Below are positions 1 to 8,220 of a DNA stretch of 40,691 nt, one piece after another. Position 1 is the stretch's first letter. Every line of letters begins with the position of its first letter. The notes under the pieces are model-generated. The model made no database searches, was not told where the DNA came from, and worked only from the letters and a program-made list of their open reading frames with translations. A program made the translations under genes and the position numbers. The DNA is from a virus, in the IMG/VR virus record IMGVR_UViG_3300009285_002085. One strand, given 5' to 3'.

Positions 1-70
1 CTGGCCGGTTTATCCAAAGGGCTATCGCACCCAGATAGATAAGGAGCAGAAGGAAGCCGATTATTATTTT
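1..70. repeat. Terminal overlap copy 1, identical to 40622..40691 (circular closure or terminal redundancy)
   Basis: Base-by-base comparison of the two window ends. A minus-strand ORF reads in phase across the junction. Confidence 0.95.
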
Positions 71-82
71 TAGGAGGTTCAT
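1..82 (-). CDS. 5' part (27 codons) of a junction-spanning gene for a small N-terminally membrane-anchored protein. It continues in frame at 40691->40299, giving 134 aa after circularisation.
   Basis: ATG at 82..80 lies 7 nt after the upstream stop (90..92) and follows AAGGAAA. The translation MNLLKIIIGFLLLLIYLGAIALWINRP is hydrophobic. The frame matches the open frame at the right end. Confidence 0.55.
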   Translation of the reverse strand, partial: MNLLKIIIGFLLLLIYLGAIALWINRP

Positions 83-89
83 GGTTTCC

Positions 90-887
90 TTATTCAAATA
101 ATACCGTTTGGTCGGGACATATCCCCTTGGGGCTTTTCTCCGACATCCACCAATCCCACATATCGTCGCCGCTGTTCCATATTACCCGCAATGGATGTTT
201 GGAGTGCCACTCCAGGGGACGATTTCTTCTTGCCTCAACTGCTTGCTGAAACGCTCTTCGGTAAAGCGTCTCATATCGGGGCCACCGCTTAAATTCTTCA
301 TATCTTTTGGTATTCATAGGGCACCCAATACATCCCAGCCGCTTAAAGCCCTCATCATAAAGACTACAATAAGGGACATTATTCATATGGATGTATTCCC
401 AGACATCCGCTGCCGTCCAGTCGATGATGGGGTGAAAATATGTTTTTAGTTTATCTCTGGCACATATCTCAAGCATTCTCCGCCGGCCACGGCGAACGCT
501 TTCCGCCCAGCGGATTCCGGTTACGACTATCCGTCCAACTCCACCCCCTTCTTTTAAATATTCACAACAAAAACGGGCCGTTCTCGTTGGCGGCATCATT
601 TTTTTGGCAATCAACGCCCACATGGTTATTTCCGGCCTATGCCGCTGGACTTCGGGGTGTTGGTCGCGAATGAAATAAAATAATTCTGGTGGATCAACCC
701 CGGTAATATTATAATGAGCATCAAACTTCACCCCGGCCTGCTTCACAAGGTCAAGGATAACAACGGAATCCTTGCCCCCCGAGAAGGCAACATAGTATCC
801 CTCTTTAGGCTCAAATGTCTTTATCCGCTCTAACGCTATTTTCACCTTGTCCCTTATCCCAAACAATCCCGTCTCTTGTAGGCTCAT
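90..887 (-). CDS. PAPS reductase / DndC-like PP-loop ATP pyrophosphatase family protein
   Basis: Contains the PP-loop motif SGGKDS, FCCEYLKE and a C-terminal LGCIGCP cysteine pair. ATG at 887 overlaps the upstream stop (TAATG). The longest ORF would extend to 941. Confidence 0.85.
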   Translation of the reverse strand: MSLQETGLFGIRDKVKIALERIKTFEPKEGYYVAFSGGKDSVVILDLVKQAGVKFDAHYNITGVDPPELFYFIRDQHPEVQRHRPEITMWALIAKKMMPPTRTARFCCEYLKEGGGVGRIVVTGIRWAESVRRGRRRMLEICARDKLKTYFHPIIDWTAADVWEYIHMNNVPYCSLYDEGFKRLGCIGCPMNTKRYEEFKRWPRYETLYRRAFQQAVEARRNRPLEWHSKHPLRVIWNSGDDMWDWWMSEKSPKGICPDQTVLFE

Positions 888-1195
888 TACCAAATCACCC
901 CATTCTCTCTCGGTTCGTACAGACAACGCTTGTAACCGCATTTTTCACAGTATCTGTAGCTTTTCCCATTGACCACTGCGTATCTTTTTGCTTCCTGTCT
1001 TGTGAGTGAATAATCTTTTTGGCATGAGGGGCAATGGGCCATCACAGGCTCCGGTTTTGGCTTGACAGTCCGGCGAACGTTTGTATGAGACACAATATAT
1101 CTACAGTCCGGGCAGTAACGGGCTTCAGAGGTTCCGAGAAAAGTCTTTCTGCAACCCTTTCTCTGACATTTGATCTTGCGTTTCTGTTCAGGCAT
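887..1195 (-). CDS. Cys-rich double zinc-ribbon-like protein, function unknown
   Basis: 102 aa with cysteine pairs C-x4-C, CPDC, CPSC and CEKC. It is basic. An AGGGGT RBS precedes the ATG. Confidence 0.6.
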   Translation of the reverse strand: MPEQKRKIKCQRKGCRKTFLGTSEARYCPDCRYIVSHTNVRRTVKPKPEPVMAHCPSCQKDYSLTRQEAKRYAVVNGKSYRYCEKCGYKRCLYEPRENGVIW

Positions 1196-1261
1196 TCAAC
1201 CCCTATAACCCGGCTTCCCTTTTAGGCACGCGCCGGGAGCGTTCTGGGAGGTGGAGAATCG

Positions 1262-3631
1262 TTATGTCCATTGCGGGTTTTTCCCGTGCGAAAACTCAAG
1301 GATATGATCAGCCATTGCCCGACAACTTTCCTTGTGGCTGATGTAACAAAGCTGAGATAGTCCGGCTTCCGCCATAAACGGCCTGTAAAGCGCCGTAAAC
1401 TTCTCCGCATTGTCAGCGTCAAGTGCCCCGTCCGCCTCGTCTCCACAATAGTAATCGAACTTCTTTCCGCCCTTCTCTTGATTCAGCAGAGACATGGCCA
1501 ACGTAATTGCCTGCACGCACCACACCCGCTGCCCGCCGCTGATGTCATCAAGGAATATTTCGTTGCCGTTCTCCATGATGATTTTGATGCTCATATCCTC
1601 GCGGCCCTTTTCGTCCTGATCCTGGAGGCGCACGGAATAGAGGGCATTGAAAGCCTGAGATAAAAGCCGGTTGGCATTATGGACGATCATTGGCGCTGCC
1701 GCGCCCATCCGCAGATTCTGCAACCCATTCTTCCCGCAGGAGTTTTGCAAATATCTCCACGAGGATACGTTTCTGACAAGCAGCTCCCTCTGGTGCATGA
1801 CCTCCACTAGCTCCGTTTCCGCTTCCGCAATCCGGGCCAGTTCGGCTTCGAGGGCGGCTATTTTGTTCCGGGCGGCCTGGATTTCGGTTTCGAGGGCGGG
1901 GAGCTTGCTGGTTTCAATTTCCCTGATATCCCACTGAACCCCCTGGAGCTTTGTTTCGGCCCCCGCAAATTCAAGGAGCTGGCCGTCAATTACCATTCTA
2001 TCGTCGCAGAGTTCATTGATCCGTGTATGGTAGACGTTTTCTTTTGCAACCCACAAATTCTTTTTGTCGGTTCCTTGTTCCGTCACTTCTGCAAGTTGCT
2101 TTTCGAGGTCGGCCTTTCTGATCTCAGCGAACCGGACATCCGGCAGCCGATCCGCGAGGGCTTTCTGCGCGGCTATCTCCTGCCTGATTGAAGTCAGTTT
2201 TTCCCGGTGCATGGTCAAGAGTTCGGTCGTGTTGATTAAAATTTGCCGGGCGTTCCCAAGGTCGTTGGTGGCGGTCTTTATTTGCTCGTCGAGGGCAAAT
2301 TTCGCAGTAACAATGGACTTTTTGCGTGCCGCAAGGGTTCCCTCGATGTCTCTCTTCTGAAATTCCAATTCCGGTATCTCTTTTTCGGCCTGCAATGCCG
2401 CCACGATGAAGGAACAGGTGGTCGATGCGCAATCCTCCGCCCTGTCCGCGAGGGGTTTTGACAGGTCGAATTTGTTCCCGAGCTGCCCCGTGATTCGGTG
2501 CAATTCCCTGTCAAGGGTGGCAATTTCACGGTCGTTCTCCAAATCCTTCACCTGCTGCCGGAGTTCCGCAAGGTCGGTTTCGAGGTCGTGGCCCCTCTTC
2601 TGATAAACCGGGACGTTCTGATTCTCCTCTTCGATCTGCGCTACCAATCCGGCAAGAGAGGATTCGAGTTCCCGCACATTGTCCGCTGCCTTCTCGATGG
2701 ATTCTTTCAGGGGCGCCGGGAAAAACTGCTTGTCGATATCCAGCTTGATTTCCCGATACTTCACGGCCAGGGCGCTGATCTCCTTTTCCACCGTCTCTTT
2801 CTCCTCCACCAGTTCCGCTTCCACTCTCTCAATCTGTGCCTGTAAATCCTTCCGGCGTTCGAGGGCGACGGCGTTCTGCTGGATGGTGGCTTTCAGGGCA
2901 TCGATGGTGGTGCGTTTATCGATGATTGCCTGCTTAAAAATAGAAAGCTCGTCGGTCTTTATCGAAAGGTGGTTTTGGGCAAGAGCAACATCAACCTTCT
3001 TTTCCTCCTTGACAGAGATGTTCTCCTGCAGCACCGTAATCCGCGCGTCCAACTGACCAGCTTTCCCCTGGTAGATGTTTGCTGCCTGTTTCGCGGTATC
3101 CTCATAGACAGAGTACTTTTGCAGGTTCAAAAATTCTCGAAGTAATTCACGGAAGACGCCGACCGTGAGATTTTCTAACTGCATGTCCTTGGTCGCCTTA
3201 CTTTTTTGAGGGCAGAACTGGCTCCTGAAATAAACGAACGGCTGTCCAAAGATTTCGTTGACCGCTTCTTTGTACTGCGTGATTTTTCCATTGCAAGTAG
3301 GCTTCCCGTTAACCCACAAGTAGCCCTCCTGTTTCTGTTGCTCACAATCCATTTTTATGAGGCTTCTGTAGCTGTTCCCCATAAAATCACATTCAAACTC
3401 TTTCTCAGCGTCACGGCCTACGAAGTGGCTCCATAATGCACCCGACCTCGATACAAGCTGTGGGTACATGTGCAGGTTTTCAAGGACGGAACTTTTTCCC
3501 GAACCATTTTCTCCATCGAAGCCGATCAGCCCAGTTTTGCCCGTAAAGTCAATTTCGATCTCGGGGATGCCATCCCACGTTAATTTCGGGCCAGCAAGTA
3601 GGCCCTTCGCTCCTTTCAATCTCAGCTTCAT
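1262..3631 (-). CDS. SbcC/Rad50/SMC-like ATPase (recombination nuclease ATPase subunit, T4 gp46-like)
   Basis: Walker A GENGSGKSS near the N-terminus, a long central coiled coil, signature-like ISGGQR and Walker B YYCGDEADGALD near the C-terminus. The start overlaps the SbcD-like stop. Confidence 0.85.
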   Translation of the reverse strand: MKLRLKGAKGLLAGPKLTWDGIPEIEIDFTGKTGLIGFDGENGSGKSSVLENLHMYPQLVSRSGALWSHFVGRDAEKEFECDFMGNSYRSLIKMDCEQQKQEGYLWVNGKPTCNGKITQYKEAVNEIFGQPFVYFRSQFCPQKSKATKDMQLENLTVGVFRELLREFLNLQKYSVYEDTAKQAANIYQGKAGQLDARITVLQENISVKEEKKVDVALAQNHLSIKTDELSIFKQAIIDKRTTIDALKATIQQNAVALERRKDLQAQIERVEAELVEEKETVEKEISALAVKYREIKLDIDKQFFPAPLKESIEKAADNVRELESSLAGLVAQIEEENQNVPVYQKRGHDLETDLAELRQQVKDLENDREIATLDRELHRITGQLGNKFDLSKPLADRAEDCASTTCSFIVAALQAEKEIPELEFQKRDIEGTLAARKKSIVTAKFALDEQIKTATNDLGNARQILINTTELLTMHREKLTSIRQEIAAQKALADRLPDVRFAEIRKADLEKQLAEVTEQGTDKKNLWVAKENVYHTRINELCDDRMVIDGQLLEFAGAETKLQGVQWDIREIETSKLPALETEIQAARNKIAALEAELARIAEAETELVEVMHQRELLVRNVSSWRYLQNSCGKNGLQNLRMGAAAPMIVHNANRLLSQAFNALYSVRLQDQDEKGREDMSIKIIMENGNEIFLDDISGGQRVWCVQAITLAMSLLNQEKGGKKFDYYCGDEADGALDADNAEKFTALYRPFMAEAGLSQLCYISHKESCRAMADHILEFSHGKNPQWT

Positions 3632-4836
3632 GCCGCACCCCCTGCAACCCTCTGCAAAAGTTCCTCCCCCGGAACCCCCTCAAGCAATTCGGCCTTGAGG
3701 AGGACGTCAGCCTCGATCTCCTCTTGCCTCAGATCCGCCATCGCCTTGATCTCGTCCCGGAGGGTTTCAGCCGCAAGAACCGACTCCGCGCGGACATTCT
3801 CCCGGGGGATGGCGGTAATTCTTACTTCTACCGATTCGGCTCCCCACCTTTTCAGGTTCTCGATGATGGTTTCTTTCGATACAAGCCCTGTTTCGTCCTG
3901 GTATGCCGTGACCTCGACCCTGACCGTTGCTCCGGCAATTCCCTCAAATGGGATGGTGATTTTTTCCCCGGCGGTCATGTCGAACTTGTACCTGGCGATT
4001 CTCTTGCAGGGGGTTTCGACAAACTTTGATTGAATTTGCTGCTGACCGTCGGTCTGGCCGATCTCGTGGATATAGAAGCCGTGCCTGTGATCCTCCCCGA
4101 TGTTGTTGGCGTAAATAGAGCCCGAATAGAAGATGCTACCCGGAAGCTCCTGGGGAAGGTGAAGGTGCCCACAAAGAATCAAATCGGCCCCGGACATTGC
4201 CAGTTGATCGCGGCTCACTTCAATGTCGCGCCCCGTCATTACCTGACCATTTGCCGCCTTCCCCCCGGAAACACACCCATGATAAACAAGGACGTGCGGA
4301 ACTCCCGGATACTCCGCAGCAGCGGCACCAAGCCCGGCGAATAACCCGCTCATCGCCGCCCCGATCTCCTGATCAGAATCGGCAACTCCCGCCGTAGTCT
4401 GGAAAAACTGCTTCGTTGGCTGAGGTATGAGGGTAATGATCGCGGCGAAAATAGGCCCGCCTTCCCCGCCCAACTCATGGAAGCAATCCCCGATCGGGAA
4501 AAATCCAACCTGCTCCGGAAGGGTCGAAACGTGAATCGGCCATTGTCCCCGTGCAAACCTCAAAATCTCCGGCGAGTTCCCGTCGTGACTTGGCGTTCCC
4601 TTGATGATCGCAACCGGGGCAATGTCAGCCAGGGCAGAAATGAAACCGATCGCAGCAAGGGCAGAACGGGAACCCATCTTCACGTCCTGAGAATCAAACA
4701 AATCTCCCGCGGAAATGATCAGGTCGGGTTGTTCGGCTCGGGCAGTTTCAACGATAAAGTTCAAACAGATCGCTATTTCGTCAATGTCGCGGTCGCGTAG
4801 ATGTTCGTCACTTACGTGGATGATCTTCACAGTCAT
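3628..4836 (-). CDS. SbcD/Mre11-like metallophosphoesterase nuclease
   Basis: Calcineurin-like phosphoesterase motifs IHVSDEHL, AGDLFD and GHLHLP. It is translationally coupled to the SMC-like ATPase gene. Confidence 0.85.
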   Translation of the reverse strand: MTVKIIHVSDEHLRDRDIDEIAICLNFIVETARAEQPDLIISAGDLFDSQDVKMGSRSALAAIGFISALADIAPVAIIKGTPSHDGNSPEILRFARGQWPIHVSTLPEQVGFFPIGDCFHELGGEGGPIFAAIITLIPQPTKQFFQTTAGVADSDQEIGAAMSGLFAGLGAAAAEYPGVPHVLVYHGCVSGGKAANGQVMTGRDIEVSRDQLAMSGADLILCGHLHLPQELPGSIFYSGSIYANNIGEDHRHGFYIHEIGQTDGQQQIQSKFVETPCKRIARYKFDMTAGEKITIPFEGIAGATVRVEVTAYQDETGLVSKETIIENLKRWGAESVEVRITAIPRENVRAESVLAAETLRDEIKAMADLRQEEIEADVLLKAELLEGVPGEELLQRVAGGAA

Positions 4837-5021
4837 TCCCCCTTCTCCGCGAACTTGCGGATGTGGTCGATATTTGCGAGTATCGCCTTCGCCTTGCGCA
4901 CCCCAAAAGAAATCGATTCCTCCATGTTCGTGTCGGTTTTCTTGTCAAACCATTCATGGCCGGTGTAAATCTTGATCAGGTCATGGCCCTTGTAGGTTTC
5001 GTAATCGGGTGATTTACTCAT
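4833..5021 (-). CDS. hypothetical protein (62 aa)
   Basis: ATGA overlaps at both ends within a coupled operon. No motif recognised. Confidence 0.55.
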   Translation of the reverse strand: MSKSPDYETYKGHDLIKIYTGHEWFDKKTDTNMEESISFGVRKAKAILANIDHIRKFAEKGE

Positions 5022-5266
5022 ACCTCTACCTCCCCATACGTCTTTAGCTCTTTCGTGATCCTATTGCGGAACGATTCGATCGCGGCCTGTTGCGATGGCC
5101 GATGAGTACAGGAACCGTTCTGTCTAAAAAAGCACTCTTCATCGCCGTCAGGAGGCATGGTCGAACAGAGCGCAAACCGGCACGTCTCAGCCCCGGCACA
5201 GTCAAACCCGATCTGAAATTCTCCATCGTATAGAGTAGCGTTGACGTTCGCTTTTTCCGACTTCAT
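5018..5266 (-). CDS. hypothetical Cys-rich protein (82 aa)
   Basis: Coupled by ATGA overlaps. It has six cysteines and no recognised family. Confidence 0.55.
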   Translation of the reverse strand: MKSEKANVNATLYDGEFQIGFDCAGAETCRFALCSTMPPDGDEECFFRQNGSCTHRPSQQAAIESFRNRITKELKTYGEVEV

Positions 5267-6432
5267 GCCGCCACCTTCCCCTTCTCGACATCCGGCAGCG
5301 CAACCAGAAAATCATATATTTCCAGTCGTTTCTTGGCGCTGATCGTCTCCATGGTGTTATTCGGGGCCTTGAGTTTCGTAAGCCACCCCTGGAAATAGTC
5401 GACCTTCCCCTTTTGCTCACAGAGAGAAGTCAGGACTTTGCACTGGCCAGCAACTTCGCAGTTTTCGAAGTCAAGCCGCAGCGAGGCGGCTGGATCGGGA
5501 GTGTTGTCCAAGCCAAACGGGACATCATCCTCACTATTAAGGTGATAACGCTTGTCGCCTTGTGTTTCTTCGGCATCAATGACATCGGCATCCCCCGTGC
5601 ATTTATCCGCGGGAATATTGGCCTCGTAGGAAATGGCCGGCTGATCGTTGGGTGCTTCGATCCTTTGTTGTTCCGGCATCTGGCCGCCGAAAAGCGAGGT
5701 AATTGCCATCTGTTTGACGTTCATTTCAGTGACCAGGCGACGGGTGTATTCGTCGCTCATATCCAGCCACGGGATAACGCGCACCGCAATAAAGGGCTTA
5801 GACAGCGAAGCGACGGTATAGGTGCCATCAACGCCGAGTATCTTCCGGATGATTCGGTTCCGGGCGCCACTGATACAGAGCTTGGTCTGATTGGCCTTTT
5901 TCTGCAGCAGATCGCGACCAACCAAAAAATCCTTGCTCTTGCTTTTGGAATATTGGGATTCCAGTTGCTCCTGAACGATTTCCAAATCCATCCCGTAGGC
6001 ATCAGCCAGACGATAGAATGAAAATCCGTCCGGCATACGAACAGCCCCGGCAAGCTCGCAGAGCTGCCGCCCCTTGTGTTCCTTGTCGATCATTACATGG
6101 GGCTTATCCCACACAAGAGCGGTATGCTGGGCGAGCTTTTCAAGACCCTGCCCCGATACCCGGACGAGTTCTGCCTGGGGATCGATCTTCCGTTGGTATT
6201 CTCCCTGCCCCGCCGTCCTGTGCCACTCGTTTGCCTTCGCGTCATAGCTGGTGGTATCGTGCGGGTAAACATCCTTATCCTTCGGGTGCGGCCTGAGAAA
6301 AACCTGAGTTACAATCAACCGGAACCCTGCTGCCACCTCCGCGATCTGATCCATGCAGGGCACCAGCATGTGGCAACCGTCTGACTTATATTTAGCCAGA
6401 TCCTTCAATGCTTGCTCATTGACTTTATCCAT
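5263..6432 (-). CDS. hypothetical protein, possibly a recombination (single-strand annealing-type) protein
   Basis: 389 aa with RBS AAGGGGAGGG. It heads the operon that contains the SbcCD-like genes. The basic helix ANQTKLCISGARNRIIRKILGVDG resembles SSAP signatures only loosely. Confidence 0.6.
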   Translation of the reverse strand: MDKVNEQALKDLAKYKSDGCHMLVPCMDQIAEVAAGFRLIVTQVFLRPHPKDKDVYPHDTTSYDAKANEWHRTAGQGEYQRKIDPQAELVRVSGQGLEKLAQHTALVWDKPHVMIDKEHKGRQLCELAGAVRMPDGFSFYRLADAYGMDLEIVQEQLESQYSKSKSKDFLVGRDLLQKKANQTKLCISGARNRIIRKILGVDGTYTVASLSKPFIAVRVIPWLDMSDEYTRRLVTEMNVKQMAITSLFGGQMPEQQRIEAPNDQPAISYEANIPADKCTGDADVIDAEETQGDKRYHLNSEDDVPFGLDNTPDPAASLRLDFENCEVAGQCKVLTSLCEQKGKVDYFQGWLTKLKAPNNTMETISAKKRLEIYDFLVALPDVEKGKVAA

Positions 6433-6553
6433 TTTCCTACCCTCCCCTTTTAGTTGGCGAGAGACGCAAATTTCGATAACGTCCCCCGCCAGACTACTAC
6501 TATTTTTCTTCCCCCCGGTTTCGTCGGCTTCTCCGGGAACCGTTCAAGAGTCG

Positions 6554-6697
6554 CTATTCCTCATGCACCGGATACTTTTCTGACGCTACCACCTCCCTTT
6601 CTTTTCGTGTTGGTTTCTTGTGTAACGAGTACCCAGGGCAAAAAACCCTGATAATCCACCTGATAAATGCGTATTCCTCGTCTTTTGCTTTCATCAT
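6554..6697 (-). CDS. small basic ORF (47 aa), not in the ORF track
   Basis: ATG shares a base with the upstream TAA (TAATG). Translation is MMKAKDEEYAFIRWIIRVFCPGYSLHKKPTRKEREVVASEKYPVHEE. Confidence 0.3.
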   Translation of the reverse strand: MMKAKDEEYAFIRWIIRVFCPGYSLHKKPTRKEREVVASEKYPVHEE

Positions 6698-7014
6698 TAC
6701 CCCCTCAACTCATATAACCACTGCCCATCCGTCCCCGGAACCGGCTGCGCCTTGACATCCATCAGGTGAGGTCGCAGGGCCTTTCTGATATCGGAAATCC
6801 TGCCAGTTGAGTTCAGCACGCACATATCGCGCACGATCTCGACATTCGTTACCGGGCCTTTCAAAAGACGCCCGTAGAGGCGGGCATTCTGGCTCCCCGG
6901 TTTAAACAAATCTTCAGGCATTGGACGCGTGAAACTAATCGAGGTCTGCGCCATTCTGCCAAGTTTGCCCAGACGCCGGGCATCGTCGATCTGGCTTTCC
7001 GTTAAAAGATTCAT
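6697..7014 (-). CDS. winged-helix/HTH-type DNA-binding protein (105 aa)
   Basis: Internal ATG at 7014 is preceded by GGAGGTGGGT and overlaps the upstream small-ORF stop (ATGA). The segment GPVTNVEIVRDMCVLNSTGRISDIRKAL is HTH-like. The longer 143-aa ORF start was rejected. Confidence 0.65.
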   Translation of the reverse strand: MNLLTESQIDDARRLGKLGRMAQTSISFTRPMPEDLFKPGSQNARLYGRLLKGPVTNVEIVRDMCVLNSTGRISDIRKALRPHLMDVKAQPVPGTDGQWLYELRG

Positions 7015-7154
7015 ACCCACCTCCCCGGCTTCTTGATCCAGCGACGATCCATGAGATGCAGGATTCCAAGGCCGATCACATGGACAATAATCACCCCACC
7101 AACCAAGGCCGTAACCAAAACCGCGCAAACAAAGATGTTCTCCGTGAAATCCAT
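7011..7154 (-). CDS. small single-pass membrane protein (47 aa), not in the ORF track
   Basis: ATG at 7154 is preceded by GGAGGGGG. Translation is MDFTENIFVCAVLVTALVGGVIIVHVIGLGILHLMDRRWIKKPGRWV. Its stop overlaps the next ATG. Confidence 0.5.
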   Translation of the reverse strand: MDFTENIFVCAVLVTALVGGVIIVHVIGLGILHLMDRRWIKKPGRWV

Positions 7155-7165
7155 ATCCCCCTCCA

Positions 7166-7372
7166 TTAGGTTTCTATGAAAAAATCGTTGGGCTCCTTGC
7201 CCAATGCTGCCGCAAGAACTTGGAGACTCGCCGTAGTCAGCGACCTATCCCCTGCGTTCTCCCAGTTCCATATTTGTTGTGGTGAGAAGTTTGTTTTTTT
7301 TGAAAGCTCCGTGATTGTGAGACCGACTTCCTCACGAAGTTTTTTGATTTGGCTGATCTGGAATTGTTTCAT
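7166..7372 (-). CDS. XRE/Cro-type helix-turn-helix transcriptional regulator
   Basis: 68 aa with LTITELSKKTNFSPQQIWNWENAG, a typical HTH_3 pattern. It is the first gene after a strong promoter. Confidence 0.85.
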   Translation of the reverse strand: MKQFQISQIKKLREEVGLTITELSKKTNFSPQQIWNWENAGDRSLTTASLQVLAAALGKEPNDFFIET

Positions 7373-7391
7373 TTATACCCCCTGTGATGGA

Positions 7392-7433
7392 GGTATAAAC
7401 AAACTAATTTACAATGTCAAGCATTATTTTTAA
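7392..7433 (-). promoter_or_regulatory. sigma70-like early promoter: -35 TTGACA at 7420..7415, 17-nt spacer, -10 TATACC at 7397..7392, with an A-rich upstream element
   Basis: Read on the reverse complement. The 19-nt core TTAAAAATAATGCTTGACA is identical to 36401..36419. Confidence 0.6.
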
Positions 7434-7438
7434 ATTTA

Positions 7439-7936
7439 TTAATTTATTTTTTTGATCTTCTTCGCCGGCGCCGGCACAACCCAGAACGGTTCAGATTCAA
7501 CTGTCTTAGTGATAATTCTTCCGTTCGGCCCGACTGGGTACCTGTATGTTCTGATCATTTTGTACTGTCCGTAGTCGGCGGCACGAGGGATTCTCAATGG
7601 GAAAACACAGGTCTGTTTTACGTTCAAAGGTTTGCTCGCCGGGGGGTCTACTGTGATTGTATAGACCACATAGTTTACAAGTTGGCAACTGATCGATGGA
7701 ATTATGTCCATCTTTTTTGTATAGGTTATCTGCCAGAAAAGGTCTTCTCCGGGATAAACTTTGGGGTTCAGGATTTTAACTTTCCCCTCAATTATAAGAG
7801 GCTCGAAGTTTCCATATTTCCAGTAGAGCCTTTCGCCCTGCTCTTCCAGAGCCAAAATAATCAACAGGAAGAGAATGATAAAAGAGAGCCATTTCAGTTT
7901 CGAAAATCCGTTAAAGTAATGTTTAATTTTTTCCAC
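7439..7936 (-). CDS. N-terminally membrane-anchored protein (165 aa), function unknown
   Basis: GTG start with GGAGG 6 nt upstream. TM segment LKWLSFIILFLLIILAL. Low-GC gene. Confidence 0.7.
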   Translation of the reverse strand: MEKIKHYFNGFSKLKWLSFIILFLLIILALEEQGERLYWKYGNFEPLIIEGKVKILNPKVYPGEDLFWQITYTKKMDIIPSISCQLVNYVVYTITVDPPASKPLNVKQTCVFPLRIPRAADYGQYKMIRTYRYPVGPNGRIITKTVESEPFWVVPAPAKKIKKIN

Positions 7937-8153
7937 GGTTCGCCTCCCGCTCCGCCCTTATGGCGGCTGCTACTTGTTTTCTGGTATCAATTTCATCCGC
8001 CTGATGCTTCTCGCAATCTACAATATCTACCTTTTTGTCCACCTTTTTTTTGAGTTCTTTATAGTCTTTGCGAATCTCAATAATCAGCCAGCATATAAAC
8101 CCTATCCCGGCGGCCCACGGGATAACTACTCCGGTATCGATGATTAATGGCAT
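7923..8153 (-). CDS. small membrane protein (76 aa) with a charged C-terminal tail
   Basis: RBS GGAGGAGG. TM segment VVIPWAAGIGFICWLIIEI followed by a K/E-rich helix. Low-GC gene. Confidence 0.65.
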   Translation of the reverse strand: MPLIIDTGVVIPWAAGIGFICWLIIEIRKDYKELKKKVDKKVDIVDCEKHQADEIDTRKQVAAAIRAEREANRGKN

Positions 8154-8220
8154 TCAACGCGTCCTCCTCCATCAAGTCTGTTAACTAAGATTCAAAGATT
8201 TACTCCCGTTAGATCAAATA

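Noticed and set aside
1-70. The 70-bp end identity as a genuine direct terminal repeat marking the physical genome ends
   Set aside because: The breakpoint falls inside an open reading frame of a coupled operon, and 70 bp is in the range of assembler overlap artefacts. Circular closure or permutation is therefore more likely. Read-level data are needed to be sure.
1196-1261. The hairpin CCCGGC...GCCGGG in the gap after the SMC-like ATPase gene as a terminator
   Set aside because: It has a 6-bp stem, a 17-nt loop and no U tract. The operon clearly continues, since an RBS and the next gene follow immediately.
1222-1446. A 74-aa minus-strand ORF and other 60-100-aa ORFs overlapping large genes in alternative frames, such as 2124..2432, 2278..2529, 3975..4172, 4350..4556, 25942..26391 and 30156..30410
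   Set aside because: They are nested out of frame within strongly supported genes. They have Arg/Ser/Pro-rich low-complexity translations and no RBSs.
6697-7128. Longest-ORF N-terminal extensions: 143 aa at 6697..7128, 608 aa at 26668..28494, 180 aa at 31802..32344, 183 aa at 18707..19258, 684 aa at 28400..30454 and 772 aa at 8834..11152
   Set aside because: In each case an internal start has a GGAGG-type RBS and/or a start-stop overlap with the upstream gene. The extension overlaps the upstream gene, or a better small ORF, and has no RBS.
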